Source: an uncultured Erysipelotrichaceae bacterium (lineage in GTDB: Bacteria; Bacillota_I; Bacilli_A; RF39; UBA660). From it: a DNA stretch of 64,000 bases. This document shows positions 41,385 to 54,732 of this stretch, in pieces. Position 1 is the stretch's first letter. Each line of letters starts with the position of its first letter. Under the pieces are notes generated by a model that was given only the letters and a program-made list of their open reading frames with translations, searched no databases and was not told the DNA's origin. The stretch covers positions 33,557 through 97,556 of the forward strand of contig CADCJS010000002.1 of the NCBI GenBank assembly GCA_902801825.1. The letters run 5' to 3'. The translations under genes were made by a program, and so were the position numbers.

Positions 41385-41933
41385 ATGTTCGGATATATAA
41401 TAGGAAAAGTAAGTGAAATAGAATCTTCATATATTGTTTTAGAAAATAATTTAATAGGATATTTAATATATACTTCTAATCCTTATTCTTATAAATTAAA
41501 TGAAGAATATAAAGTATATATATATCAATTAATAAAGGAAGATGAAAATACTTTATATGGGTTTAAAACAAAAGAAGAGAAAGATTTGTTTTTAAAATTA
41601 ATAAATGTTAAGGGATTAGGTCCTAAAATGGCATTACCAATGCTTGGAGGATCTAGTATAGATGGTATTAAAGATGCGATTGAAAGAGAAAATATTTTAT
41701 ATTTAAAGAAATTTCCTAAGATTGGAGATAAGGTTGCTAGACAAATAATACTTGATTTAAAGGGTAAACTAGTAAATAAAGATAATATAATAGATGAAGA
41801 TAATGAGTTAATAGAAGCTTTAAAATCACTTGGATTTAAAGTACCTGATATTAAAAAGGTATTACCAAAAGTAGATAATTCTTTATCTATAGAAGATAAG
41901 ATTAAACAATCTTTAAAGTTATTATTACAATAG
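41385..41933 (+). CDS. ruvA: Holliday junction helicase subunit RuvA
   Basis: 'LYGF..KEEKDLF..LI.V.G.GPK.AL' HhH motifs. Confidence 0.8.
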   Translation: MFGYIIGKVSEIESSYIVLENNLIGYLIYTSNPYSYKLNEEYKVYIYQLIKEDENTLYGFKTKEEKDLFLKLINVKGLGPKMALPMLGGSSIDGIKDAIERENILYLKKFPKIGDKVARQIILDLKGKLVNKDNIIDEDNELIEALKSLGFKVPDIKKVLPKVDNSLSIEDKIKQSLKLLLQ

Positions 41934-41942
41934 GAGAAATAT

Positions 41943-42554
41943 ATGGCTAAATTATTATTTAAATACGCTACAATGAATTCTGGTAAGACGATTGATTTAA
42001 TTAGAACTGCATACAATTATGAAGATAATGGAGGAAAGGTATTAATTATTAAACCTAAAGTAGATTCTAATAACGAATCAATTATAACTTCTAAAGTTGG
42101 TCTATCAAGAAAAGTAGATATTGAAATATTTTATGATGATGATTTATTTAACATTTTAAAAGGTAAACTACATAATATAGATGCTATTTTAGTTGATGAA
42201 TCTCAGTTTTTAAGTAAATATCAAATAGAACAGTTAAGTATTATTACTAAGGTTCTTAATATAGATGTTATTTGTTATGGATTAAGAATTAATTTTAAAG
42301 GAAAATTATTTGAAGGAAGTAAAAAATTACTTGAAGTTTCTGATGCTTTAGAAGAATTAGTTACTTTATGTAAATGTAGAAATATTGCTAGGTTTACAGG
42401 AAGAAAAGTAAATGGTGAATTTAGTATCGAAGGTCCAGAGATAATTATAGATGGTAAGAAAAAAGAAATAGAATATGTTCCTTTATGCAAAGAATGTTAT
42501 TTAAAAGAAGTATTAAAAATAGATTTTGATAAGATTAAAAAAGATTTATATTAG
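41943..42554 (+). CDS. tdk: thymidine kinase
   Basis: P-loop 'MNSGKT' and 'VDESQF'. C-terminal zinc ribbon 'CKCRN...CKEC'. Confidence 0.85.
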   Translation: MAKLLFKYATMNSGKTIDLIRTAYNYEDNGGKVLIIKPKVDSNNESIITSKVGLSRKVDIEIFYDDDLFNILKGKLHNIDAILVDESQFLSKYQIEQLSIITKVLNIDVICYGLRINFKGKLFEGSKKLLEVSDALEELVTLCKCRNIARFTGRKVNGEFSIEGPEIIIDGKKKEIEYVPLCKECYLKEVLKIDFDKIKKDLY

Positions 42555-42565
42555 GAGGTATAACA

Positions 42566-43567
42566 GTGGATGAAAATATAATGCATGATATTGATAATAA
42601 AATGGAATATGAAGAAAAATTAAGACCTTCTTTTATAAAAGAATATATAGGTCAAGATGAAGTAAAAGATAATTTAAGTGTATTTATTAAAGCAGCTAAA
42701 ATAAGGGATGAATCATTAGATCATACTTTATTATATGGTCCTCCTGGATTAGGTAAAACTACATTAGCTTTTATAATTGCAAATGAACTAGGTGTTAATA
42801 TTAAGACTGCATCTGGTCCTGCAATTGAAAAAAGTGGTGATTTAGCAGCGATTTTATCTTCTTTAGAACCTGGAGATGTATTATTTATTGATGAAATACA
42901 TAGAATTCCTAGATTTATTGAAGAAATATTATATTCTGCAATGGAAGATTTTACTTTAGATATTATTATTGGTTCAGATGGTTCTTCTAGAAGTATTAAA
43001 ATAGATTTACCTCCATTTACATTAGTAGGAGCAACTACTAGAGTTGGAGATTTATCTTCTCCTTTAAGAGATAGATTTGGTATAATATCTCATTTAGATT
43101 ATTATTCAATTTCAGATTTAACTAAAATAGTTAAAAGAACAGCAAAGGTTTTTGGAGTAGAAATAGAGGAAGAAGCAGCAATTGAACTTGCTAAAAGAAG
43201 TAGAGGTACTCCTAGAATTGCAAATAGATTATTAAAAAGGGTTAGAGATTTCGCAATAGTTAATAATAAAGATATAATTGATTTAAATGAGACAAAAGAT
43301 AGTTTAAATAGACTTAAAGTAGATAATGATGGTTTAGATGAAACAGATCATAAATTATTAAAATCTATTATTTATAAGTTTAATGGTGGGCCAGTTGGAA
43401 TTGATGCTTTAGCGTCTTCTATTGGAGAAGAAAAAGGATCAATTGAAGATGTTTATGAACCTTATCTACTACAAAATGGTTATTTAAAAAGAACCAATAG
43501 AGGAAGAGTAGTAACAGAAAAAGCCTATAACCATTTAGGAATAAGTCATCAAGAAACTTTATTTTAA
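42566..43567 (+). CDS. ruvB: Holliday junction helicase subunit RuvB
   Basis: Walker A 'GPPGLGKTT', 'LFIDEIHR' and '[16 protein letters not shown]'. Confidence 0.9.
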   Translation: MDENIMHDIDNKMEYEEKLRPSFIKEYIGQDEVKDNLSVFIKAAKIRDESLDHTLLYGPPGLGKTTLAFIIANELGVNIKTASGPAIEKSGDLAAILSSLEPGDVLFIDEIHRIPRFIEEILYSAMEDFTLDIIIGSDGSSRSIKIDLPPFTLVGATTRVGDLSSPLRDRFGIISHLDYYSISDLTKIVKRTAKVFGVEIEEEAAIELAKRSRGTPRIANRLLKRVRDFAIVNNKDIIDLNETKDSLNRLKVDNDGLDETDHKLLKSIIYKFNGGPVGIDALASSIGEEKGSIEDVYEPYLLQNGYLKRTNRGRVVTEKAYNHLGISHQETLF

Positions 43568-43622
43568 AAAAACTATTATATATGTTATAATAGTTTTTAA
43601 TTTTGAAAAGGAAGTGCAATAT

Positions 43623-43749
43623 ATGGATACAATAAATCCAAATAAAAAATACATTAAAGAAGTATATTCTGTATTCAATGACATAAAGAATAAATTATAT
43701 GAACAAAAGAATAATTTTAAACTTGTTCTAGTAAAGGGAGGAAATAAAG

Positions 43750-43763
<14 letters not shown>
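43623..43763 (+). CDS. possible small ORF (46 aa) between ruvB and queA
   Basis: ATG-initiated [49 protein letters not shown]. No RBS evident. Overlaps the queA start. Confidence 0.2.
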
Positions 43764-46249
<2,486 letters not shown>

Positions 46250-46323
46250 AATTCACCTTCTTAATTATATATATTCTATGTATAAATTTTTATTACTAAG
46301 ATAAAAATATAAATGGTGATTCT

Positions 46324-46965
46324 ATGATATTTAAAATTTTATTTAGAACAGCATTATTTTATATATTATTAATATTTTCTTATAAGATAATGGGTAAAAG
46401 GGAACTAGGAGAACTTGGTATATTTGATTTTGCAATCTCAATATTAATATCTCAATTAATTGCTATATCAATAGAAAATTATAAAGATCCTATTTTATAT
46501 ACATTACTTCCTTTATTTATATTAATCTTTTTTCAAGTATTATTATCATTTATTACTCTTAAAAATAAAAAAATTAGAGATTTTATTGATGGAGTAGAAA
46601 GCATTATTATATTAAATGGTAAAATTAATTTTAAAGAGATGACTAAACAAAGATATAGTCTAAGTGATTTATTAAATCAATTAAGGGATAAGGATATAAG
46701 AAGTATAGAAGAAGTGGATTTTGCGATATTAGAAAGTAATGGTAAATTATCTGTTTTTAAAAAGGATGATAAAGATAAAGATGTATTTCCTTTACCTTTA
46801 ATAGTTGATGGAAGAATTGAAGAGAAAAATTTAAAACTAATTAATAAGGATACTGTTTGGTTAAATAAAGAATTAAAAAATAAACATTTAGATTTAACAG
46901 ATGTATTTTATTTATTTTTTAAGAATGATCAAACTTATTATATTAAAAGGAGTAGTATTAATTAA
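46324..46965 (+). CDS. DUF421 (YetF/YrbG-like) membrane protein
   Basis: 'MGKRELGELGIFDFAISILISQLIA' N-terminal DUF421 signature and a C-terminal soluble domain. The family is common in spore formers. Confidence 0.65.
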   Translation: MIFKILFRTALFYILLIFSYKIMGKRELGELGIFDFAISILISQLIAISIENYKDPILYTLLPLFILIFFQVLLSFITLKNKKIRDFIDGVESIIILNGKINFKEMTKQRYSLSDLLNQLRDKDIRSIEEVDFAILESNGKLSVFKKDDKDKDVFPLPLIVDGRIEEKNLKLINKDTVWLNKELKNKHLDLTDVFYLFFKNDQTYYIKRSSIN

Positions 46966-48241
46966 TAGTTTTATTGATTAATAAGTAATTTGAAACAGAA
47001 ACATAAATTATATTAACAATAATAGATATTATTAATGAATAAATATGTAGATTATAAAAAGATAAAATAGTAAGTGTTAGAAATTTTAAAATAATTCCTA
47101 CTAGTGTATGAAATGAAGCTTCTTTTGTTTTATTTAGTGCTTGTAATATAGATATATTAGGACCTTGAATATAAAGTAATATAAATGGTAATCCTAAAAT
47201 ATAAAAGTAATTATATCCTTCGCTAGTGTTATAAATTAGATTTAAGAAATATTTTGGATTTAAATATAAAACTAATACATATATAAGTCCTATTAAAAAA
47301 GATAAAAGATTTACTTCTTTTATCTTTTTTCTAATATAATTAATATTTTTTAATGAATAATTTTTAGATATAACTGGAATTATTGATTGTGAAATAGCAA
47401 GTGAGAAAAAAGAAGGTAGTAATAGTAAGGGAATAATATATCCATTTATTAGACCATATTGATATTGAATAAATTTTTTATCTATACCATTATGTAATAA
47501 TAAGTTTGTTAATATAATTGGTTCTAAAAACGTTGATATAGTTCCTATTAATCTAGAAAATGTTGTAGGTATAGATATAGATAATATTTCTTTTGTTATA
47601 TCCTTATTGATTTTTAAATTTAATTCATTAATATTTATTTTTTTTGGTAAAAATAATAGAAGTACTATAATTGATATTATTTCACATATTGTATTTGTTA
47701 GTATAATTAGTATTACTTTATTCTCTACATTTTTTATTATTGGTAAAAATATAATAAAAATAATAATTCTAGATATTTGTTCAATAAAATTAGATATTAC
47801 ATGAGGAAACATATTTTGTTTACCAAAAAAATAACCTCTAATAGAAGAAGATATGGATATAAATGGTAATGAGAAACTTATAAATAAAATAGGTAAGTAT
47901 AAATCTTCATTATGTAATAATAAAGATATTTTTTTAGAAGAAAAGATTAAAATAAATAATAGTAATAAAGAAAAAGTGAATGATATTATAAATGAAGAAA
48001 ACAATATATTTTTATTTCTATATTTTCTTTCTGAAACTATTTTACTAACAACATTAGGATTACCTACAGTAGTTAATGTTACAAATAAATTATAAGTAGG
48101 TATAGTTAATGTATAAAGCATTATACCATCTGTTTTAATGATTCTAGTCATTATTATTTTTATAAATAATGATAATATTTTTGTTATAAAACCTCCTACT
48201 AATAATATAAGGGTACTTACTATAAACTTATTTTTTTTCAT
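46958..48241 (-). CDS. SpoVB/MurJ-like oligosaccharide flippase family membrane protein
   Basis: Twelve or more TM helices. N-terminus 'GGFITKILSLFIKIIMTRIIKTDGIMLYTLTIPTYNLFVTLTTVGNPNVVSKIVSE' resembles SpoVB / polysaccharide-biosynthesis (MOP) flippases. Confidence 0.6.
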   Translation of the reverse strand: MKKNKFIVSTLILLVGGFITKILSLFIKIIMTRIIKTDGIMLYTLTIPTYNLFVTLTTVGNPNVVSKIVSERKYRNKNILFSSFIISFTFSLLLLFILIFSSKKISLLLHNEDLYLPILFISFSLPFISISSSIRGYFFGKQNMFPHVISNFIEQISRIIIFIIFLPIIKNVENKVILIILTNTICEIISIIVLLLFLPKKININELNLKINKDITKEILSISIPTTFSRLIGTISTFLEPIILTNLLLHNGIDKKFIQYQYGLINGYIIPLLLLPSFFSLAISQSIIPVISKNYSLKNINYIRKKIKEVNLLSFLIGLIYVLVLYLNPKYFLNLIYNTSEGYNYFYILGLPFILLYIQGPNISILQALNKTKEASFHTLVGIILKFLTLTILSFYNLHIYSLIISIIVNIIYVSVSNYLLINKTIN

Positions 48242-48364
48242 TTTCTTCTCCTATATTTAGTTTTTATAGTTAAATATATGATTTTTTTCTTTAAAAATTA
48301 TTGTTTTTCTTGTATAATAAGTTTGTGATGTAAAAAATGATTTATTATAGTGGGAGTTGATTTT

Positions 48365-51085
48365 ATGAAGATGTTATACATAATACTAATTGCAGTAGCA
48401 GTATATTTAGTATTATCATTTGTTATGTCAAGATTATTTAAAAAAGAAAATTTAAAAGGGTATAAAGCTTTTATTCCAATTTATAATTTTATATTATTAT
48501 TAAATAAAGCGGATTATAGTTTTAAACATATATTTAAATATATTATTTCACTTGGTATTTTTATATTTTTAAGTGTTAATAATTTTTATTTAAATGCATG
48601 TACTGTTATTAAATATTTAAGTTTAATAGCATTAATATGGTATGTAGTTACATTAAATATAGCTATTTGTAAGAAATTTGATAAGAAAAATATATTTTTT
48701 ATAACAAGTATAATACCATTTTTATCTATTTTAATTTTAGCTTTTGATAAATCAAAATATGATTCTAGTAAAAATATTGAAAGTGTTAAGATTAATTTTT
48801 TAAGTGTATTTATTAGTGTATTTACTATTACAATATCATTTACGTTATTAATACCAACTGTTTTCAATAATATTACTAAGGGATTAGATTTAGCGGGTGG
48901 TTTTGAAATTTTATATCAATTAAGTTCAGCAGAAAAGAATAAAAAAGTTACTACTCAAGATGTAGAAGATACATATAGAACAATGCTTAGAAGAATTGAT
49001 GCTTTAGGTGTTAGTGAACCTGAACTTACAATTGAAGGTAAAGATAAAATTAGAGTAAAACTTGCTGGAGTTGAAAATCCAGATCAAGCTAGAGAATATA
49101 TTACAGTTGCTGGTGAGATTACTTTTAGAGATAGTAGTGATAAGAAGTTAATGGATAAGAGTGTATTATCAAGTGGTACTGCAGCTAAAGTTAGTACAGA
49201 TGAAAAGGGTAATCCAGCAATATTATTAAATATTAAAGATAAAGATAAATTCTATGAAGTTACAGATAAGATTAGTCAAACTGATGATAGATTAATTGTT
49301 ATTTGGTTAGATTATGATGCAGCAAGTGGAGATAGTTATAAGAATTCAAATTGTGGTGAATTTACTGATTTAAATACTGCTAAGTGTTTATCAGCTGCAA
49401 CTGTTTCTCAAGGATTTAGTAGTAATGTTATTATTCAAGGTAATTTTACTTCTGAACAGGTTGAAAATTTAGTAGATTTAATTAATTCAGGATCTAATAA
49501 TGTTAAGTTTAAAGAAATTTCTTCTCAAACTGTAGGATCAGCATTTGGTGAAGATTCTTTAGAAAAAACAGAACTAGCTGGTGTTATTGGAATTTTATTA
49601 ATAGTATTATTTATGATATTTGTTTATAGATTTTCAGGATTTATTGCCTCTTCAGTAATATTAATATATACATTTATGACTTTCTTAATTTATTATTTAA
49701 TTGATGGTGTATTAACTCTTCCAGGTATTGCAGCATTAGTTCTAGGTGTAGGTATGGCTGTAGATGCGAATGTTATTACTTGTGAAAGAATTAAAGAAGA
49801 ATTAAGAAAAGGTAAAGATTTAAAAGAAGCTTATAAAAAAGGTGTTAAAAATTCATTTAGTTCAATATTTGATTCTAATATTACAACATTTATTATAGCG
49901 ATTATATTATTTATATTTGGTGAAAGTTCAGTTAAAGGATTTGCAACTATGCTTATTATTAATATTATAATGACTTTATTAATAGTTGTATTTATTACAA
50001 GAACAATTACTTCATTATTTATAAATACAAAGTTCTTTGATAAAAAATTAAAGTTATTTATTAATCAAAATAAAAAAGACATTGTAGTTACAAATGAAAG
50101 AGTGGATTCAAGATTTGAAAAGAAGATTAAATTTGATTTTGTTTCTAATTTTAAGAAGTTAATTATTATTCCTATTATATTATTTGTTTTAGGAATTACG
50201 CTATTATTTGTTAAAGGTGTAAATTTAGGTATAGATTTTACAGGTGGTACAGATATAACTGTTTCTACAAATAAAAATGTATCATTAAAAGAAATTAATA
50301 AGAGTATAAAAGATTTAGGATATACTATTATTGATAGTTCAAAAAGTGATAATGAATACTATGTTAAAGTATCTAATATTTTAACTAAAAAACAAGTTAC
50401 TAAAACAAATAGTTATTTTGAAGAAAAATATAATGCTAAAACAGATATTTCAGTTGTATCAAATTTAGTTAAGAAAGATTTAATTAAAAATGCGATTATT
50501 GCTTTATTATATTCGTTAATTGGTATTATACTTTATATTTCGTTCAGATATAAATTTAGTTATGCTATTTCAAGTGTTATAGCACTTATACATGATTCAT
50601 TAATGGTATGTATGATATTTATTATATTTGGATTAAAAATCGAATCAATTTATGTTGCAGCTATTCTTACTATAATAGGATATTCTATTAATAATACAAT
50701 TGTTATTTTTGATAGATTAAGAGAAAATATGCATAAAAAATTAAATAATAAAGATTTTGATTATGAAATATATAAGGAACAAGCTAATAAATCTATAAAA
50801 GAAACTATATTTAGATCTATTAATACTACAATTACTACAATGCTTCCAATAATTTGTTTAATTATAATTGGATCTAAAGAAATAATAGAATTTGATATAG
50901 CAATTATTATAGGTTTAATTGTTGGAACTTATTCGTCTATTTTCTTAGCATGTTCATTTGTTATAATAATTGAAGGAAAAATAAGTAAAAAGAAAAAAAA
51001 TAGTAAAAATAATAATAAAAAGAAAAATACAAAAAAGAAAAAGGAAAGAATAGAGGAATTAAGTGTGAAAGGAATTAATGCTTAA
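48365..51085 (+). CDS. secDF: protein translocase subunit SecDF (fused), with extra N-terminal DUF5684-like membrane module
   Basis: 'GLDLAGG', the periplasmic domain and two 6-TM bundles ('...GVGMAVDANVI...', '...IHDSLMV...'). The N-terminal ~140 aa carry a 'GYKAFIPIYNF' motif. C-terminal Lys-rich tail. Start moved to the ATG at 48365 (GGGAG RBS). Confidence 0.8.
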   Translation: MKMLYIILIAVAVYLVLSFVMSRLFKKENLKGYKAFIPIYNFILLLNKADYSFKHIFKYIISLGIFIFLSVNNFYLNACTVIKYLSLIALIWYVVTLNIAICKKFDKKNIFFITSIIPFLSILILAFDKSKYDSSKNIESVKINFLSVFISVFTITISFTLLIPTVFNNITKGLDLAGGFEILYQLSSAEKNKKVTTQDVEDTYRTMLRRIDALGVSEPELTIEGKDKIRVKLAGVENPDQAREYITVAGEITFRDSSDKKLMDKSVLSSGTAAKVSTDEKGNPAILLNIKDKDKFYEVTDKISQTDDRLIVIWLDYDAASGDSYKNSNCGEFTDLNTAKCLSAATVSQGFSSNVIIQGNFTSEQVENLVDLINSGSNNVKFKEISSQTVGSAFGEDSLEKTELAGVIGILLIVLFMIFVYRFSGFIASSVILIYTFMTFLIYYLIDGVLTLPGIAALVLGVGMAVDANVITCERIKEELRKGKDLKEAYKKGVKNSFSSIFDSNITTFIIAIILFIFGESSVKGFATMLIINIIMTLLIVVFITRTITSLFINTKFFDKKLKLFINQNKKDIVVTNERVDSRFEKKIKFDFVSNFKKLIIIPIILFVLGITLLFVKGVNLGIDFTGGTDITVSTNKNVSLKEINKSIKDLGYTIIDSSKSDNEYYVKVSNILTKKQVTKTNSYFEEKYNAKTDISVVSNLVKKDLIKNAIIALLYSLIGIILYISFRYKFSYAISSVIALIHDSLMVCMIFIIFGLKIESIYVAAILTIIGYSINNTIVIFDRLRENMHKKLNNKDFDYEIYKEQANKSIKETIFRSINTTITTMLPIICLIIIGSKEIIEFDIAIIIGLIVGTYSSIFLACSFVIIIEGKISKKKKNSKNNNKKKNTKKKKERIEELSVKGINA

Positions 51086-51108
51086 TTCTTTTCTATTTAT
51101 GGTTAATT

Positions 51109-53256
51109 ATGGATATTAAAAAAGAAATAAATACAATTGAGGAATTAATTGATTCAGTTAGTTATATAACTGATAAGGATGAAATAAATATTATTAAAAA
51201 GGCATATGAGTTTGCTTCTAATGTGCATAAAAATAATACAAGGTTGTGTGGTGAAGATTATATGCATCATCCATTAAATGTTGCATATAATTTAACTAAA
51301 TTATATGCTGATAGTGATACAATAGCTGCAGGTTTATTACATGATACAATTCATATTGGTAATTCTACTTTAGATGAATTAAAAAAAGAATTTTCTTTAG
51401 ATATTTGTACTTTAGTTGAAGGAATAACAACTATTAATAATTTAAATTTATCTACTGATAGTGAAGATCATATTAATTATTATAAGAAGATAATAGTAGG
51501 ATTAACTGAGGATGTTAGAATTATAATAATTAAACTTGTAGAAAGAGTAGATAATATGAAAACTCTTTATATATTAAAACCTGAAAAACAAAAGGATAAA
51601 GCTAAAGAAACATTAGAAATACTAGTGCCAATTGCACATAGACTTGGTTTATCTGAGATAAAAAAAGAATTGGAAGTATTATCATTAAAATATTATAAAC
51701 CTGATGCTTTTAAATCAGTTGAAGCTATGTTTAATAATACTGAAGAGCAAAGAAATAATTTGCTTCTTCATATGAAAAGAAGAGTATCAGAATTATTAAT
51801 AGATAATAATATTAAATTTGAAATAAAAGCTAGAGTTAAAAGTATTTATTCAATTTATAATAAAATGCAAAAAGGTAAAAAATTCAGTGAATTATATGAT
51901 ATATATGGAATAAGAATAATTGTTAATACTGAAAGTGAATGTTATCAAGTTTTAGGTATAATTCATTCTAAGTTTAAACCATTACAAAATAGGTTTAAAG
52001 ATTATATTGCAAACCCAAAAGTAAATATGTATAGAAGTTTACATACTACAGTTTTTGGATATGATGGAAAATTATATGAAATTCAAATAAGAACTCATGA
52101 AATGGATGAGGTTGCAGAAAGAGGAATCGCATCTCACTGGTCTTATAAAGAAAAAGGCAAAAAAATGCAAAATTCAATGGAAGAAAAGCTTCAATTATTT
52201 AGAAGTATAATTGAACTAGACAATGATAATATTTCTTCTGATGAGTTTGTAAATACTGTTAAAAATGAATTATTAAGTGATAATATTTATGTTTATACTC
52301 CAAAAGGAGATGTATTTGAACTACCTAAAGAAGCAACTCCTATTGATTTTGCTTATAAAGTTCATTCTAAAATTGGTGAAACTATGGTGGGTGCACTTGT
52401 AAATGATGTTATCGCACCTTTAGATACTCAATTAAAATCAAATGATATAGTAAAAATAATTACTAATAAAAATAGTAAACCTTCTAAAGAATGGTTATTA
52501 ATAGCTAAAACTAGTCAAGCTAAGAATAAAATTAAATCTTATTTTTCTAAAATAGATAAGAACGAAGCTATTGAAAAAGGAAAAGATTTATTCTTAAAAG
52601 AAGTTAGAAAAAGAAAAATACCAATATCTTCTATAAATGATAATATGAAAGATATTATTTCTAAATTAAAAGTAAAAGATGAAAATGAAATGTACTATAA
52701 TTTTGGTACTGGTAATTTTTCGGTAAAAATAACTTTAAATTCTATATTTAAAGATGAATTAGAAAAAGAAGATATTATGCTTGATAAAATTAATAATAAA
52801 AATACAGATGAAAATGATTATAAAAATGATTTTATAGTTGGTAATATAGATAATGTAAAAGTATCAACTGCTAAATGTTGTTATCCAATAAAAGGTGATG
52901 AGATAATAGGTTATATTACTAGAGGTAATGGTATAGTAGTACATAGTAAGAATTGTAAGAATTTAAACCTGTTAGAAGATAGATTTATAGATATTAAATG
53001 GAATAAAAAGGTTGATAAGAAATATGATTGTTTATTAAATATAACAACAATAAAAAAGGATAATATTTTAATTGATATTATTAACAAAGCTTCTTCATTG
53101 AATATAAGTATTGTTAAAATAAATACAATTAATAATTTAGATAATATAATGTATGAAATTAGTATTAAAGTTTCTGATATTGATACTTTAAAGAAATATA
53201 AAAATACATTAAATCAAAATAAAGATATTATTAAAATAGAAAGAGTTTTTAATTAA
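51109..53256 (+). CDS. relA: bifunctional (p)ppGpp synthetase/hydrolase RelA/SpoT
   Basis: HD hydrolase domain ('HPLNVAYNL...GLLHDTI') and synthetase domain ('RVKSIYSIYNKM', 'DIYGIRII', 'YRSLHTTV'). TGS and ACT domains. Confidence 0.9.
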   Translation: MDIKKEINTIEELIDSVSYITDKDEINIIKKAYEFASNVHKNNTRLCGEDYMHHPLNVAYNLTKLYADSDTIAAGLLHDTIHIGNSTLDELKKEFSLDICTLVEGITTINNLNLSTDSEDHINYYKKIIVGLTEDVRIIIIKLVERVDNMKTLYILKPEKQKDKAKETLEILVPIAHRLGLSEIKKELEVLSLKYYKPDAFKSVEAMFNNTEEQRNNLLLHMKRRVSELLIDNNIKFEIKARVKSIYSIYNKMQKGKKFSELYDIYGIRIIVNTESECYQVLGIIHSKFKPLQNRFKDYIANPKVNMYRSLHTTVFGYDGKLYEIQIRTHEMDEVAERGIASHWSYKEKGKKMQNSMEEKLQLFRSIIELDNDNISSDEFVNTVKNELLSDNIYVYTPKGDVFELPKEATPIDFAYKVHSKIGETMVGALVNDVIAPLDTQLKSNDIVKIITNKNSKPSKEWLLIAKTSQAKNKIKSYFSKIDKNEAIEKGKDLFLKEVRKRKIPISSINDNMKDIISKLKVKDENEMYYNFGTGNFSVKITLNSIFKDELEKEDIMLDKINNKNTDENDYKNDFIVGNIDNVKVSTAKCCYPIKGDEIIGYITRGNGIVVHSKNCKNLNLLEDRFIDIKWNKKVDKKYDCLLNITTIKKDNILIDIINKASSLNISIVKINTINNLDNIMYEISIKVSDIDTLKKYKNTLNQNKDIIKIERVFN

Positions 53257-53280
53257 ACTCTTCTTTTTAAAAGGAGTGTT

Positions 53281-53721
53281 ATGAGAGTAGTAATTCAAAG
53301 GGTAAAAAATGCATCTGTTTTAATTAATAATAATAAAACAAATAGTATTAATAAAGGATATGTTATATTTATTGGTTTTAAAAATAGTGATACCACTAAA
53401 GATATAGAATATATAGTTAATAAAATTGAAAAGTTAAGAATATTTGAAATTAATAATAAAATGAATTTATCTATTAAAGATATAAATGGTGAAATATTAT
53501 TAATAAGTCAATTTACTTTATATGGAGATGTTAGAAAGAATAATAGACCTTCTTTTACTGATTGTATGGAATATGAAAAAGCTAAAGATTTGTATAATGT
53601 ATTTATTGAAAAATTAAAAGAAACTAGTATAAGTTTTAAAACTGGTGAATTTGGTAGTGATATGGAAGTGAGTTTAGTTAATAATGGTCCAGTTACTATA
53701 ATTATCGATTCTAATAAATAA
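53281..53721 (+). CDS. dtd: D-aminoacyl-tRNA deacylase
   Basis: 'MRVVIQRV' N-terminus, 'SQFTL' and the 'NNGPVT' (SQFTLxxxxxxGxRP/ NxGPVT) motifs. Confidence 0.9.
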   Translation: MRVVIQRVKNASVLINNNKTNSINKGYVIFIGFKNSDTTKDIEYIVNKIEKLRIFEINNKMNLSIKDINGEILLISQFTLYGDVRKNNRPSFTDCMEYEKAKDLYNVFIEKLKETSISFKTGEFGSDMEVSLVNNGPVTIIIDSNK

Positions 53722-53778
53722 AATTGACATTTTTAACTTTTTTTGCTAGAATAACATGCACTATTAGGGGATGAGTTT

Positions 53779-54663
53779 ATGCTAGATTTAGATATATTAG
53801 ATGAAGTTATAGATACTAGTTTGAAACATCAAGTTATTTCTAAGTCATTTTTGGTAAAGACATTAGGAACAGAACTTGACAAATGTAGTAAATATAGTAA
53901 GGATCATTTTAAAAGTATTACTTTTAAGAAAATGAAAAATTTATATGGTTTATATATGCCTGAAGGTAAAATAAATATAAATTATGATTTATTATGTGAG
54001 AATGGTTATGAAGCGATTAATGAGGATAATTATTTCTTACAAAAAAATATTTTTATGATATATGCAATGCTTCATGAATTAGAACATTTTAAAGAAATAG
54101 AAAAAATTGAAAATAATAAAAAATATGAATCAGATATATTAAAATATTTTCATGAAGATTATTTATTTAATAAGAAAGTTGAAAAAGATTTAAGTGAATC
54201 ATTTATAGGCGTTCTTATAGGCTTTCTTAATTTAAAAAATACTAAAATTTATGAAAATATTTATATTAAAAAAATTCTATTATTAACAGAAAAATTATAT
54301 GTTTTAGATTTAAGAGAAAAAATAGCAGATTTTGATTCTATAAAATCTATAAATCAGGCATTATTTAATCATCATAACTTTAAAGAAAAATATTTTGATA
54401 CTTTTGATTTCTTTGCAAAATTTTTTTATACTTCAATTTTAAATGGATATGTATGTAAAAAAGATAAAATAAATTTCCCATTATTTGATTTTTTAAATAA
54501 TTTAGATGCAACTGAAAAATTAACAGAATTTGATTTTTGGGATAATAAAAATAATACTATAGATTTGGATAAAGTATCAAAAATAGGTTTATATGATAGA
54601 TTAAAATATAATTTACCTGTAACAGTAGATGAATATAAATTAGTAAAAAACTTTACTAAATAA
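53779..54663 (+). CDS. hypothetical protein with HExxH motif
   Basis: 'YAMLHELEHF' is an HExxH zinc-metallopeptidase-like motif. No other similarity recognised. Confidence 0.35.
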   Translation: MLDLDILDEVIDTSLKHQVISKSFLVKTLGTELDKCSKYSKDHFKSITFKKMKNLYGLYMPEGKININYDLLCENGYEAINEDNYFLQKNIFMIYAMLHELEHFKEIEKIENNKKYESDILKYFHEDYLFNKKVEKDLSESFIGVLIGFLNLKNTKIYENIYIKKILLLTEKLYVLDLREKIADFDSIKSINQALFNHHNFKEKYFDTFDFFAKFFYTSILNGYVCKKDKINFPLFDFLNNLDATEKLTEFDFWDNKNNTIDLDKVSKIGLYDRLKYNLPVTVDEYKLVKNFTK

Positions 54664-54732
54664 GAGTAAATATATAAATTAAATATAATTTTACTCTTTT
54701 TTTATGATATAATTAGGGTTAGGAGTGAGATT

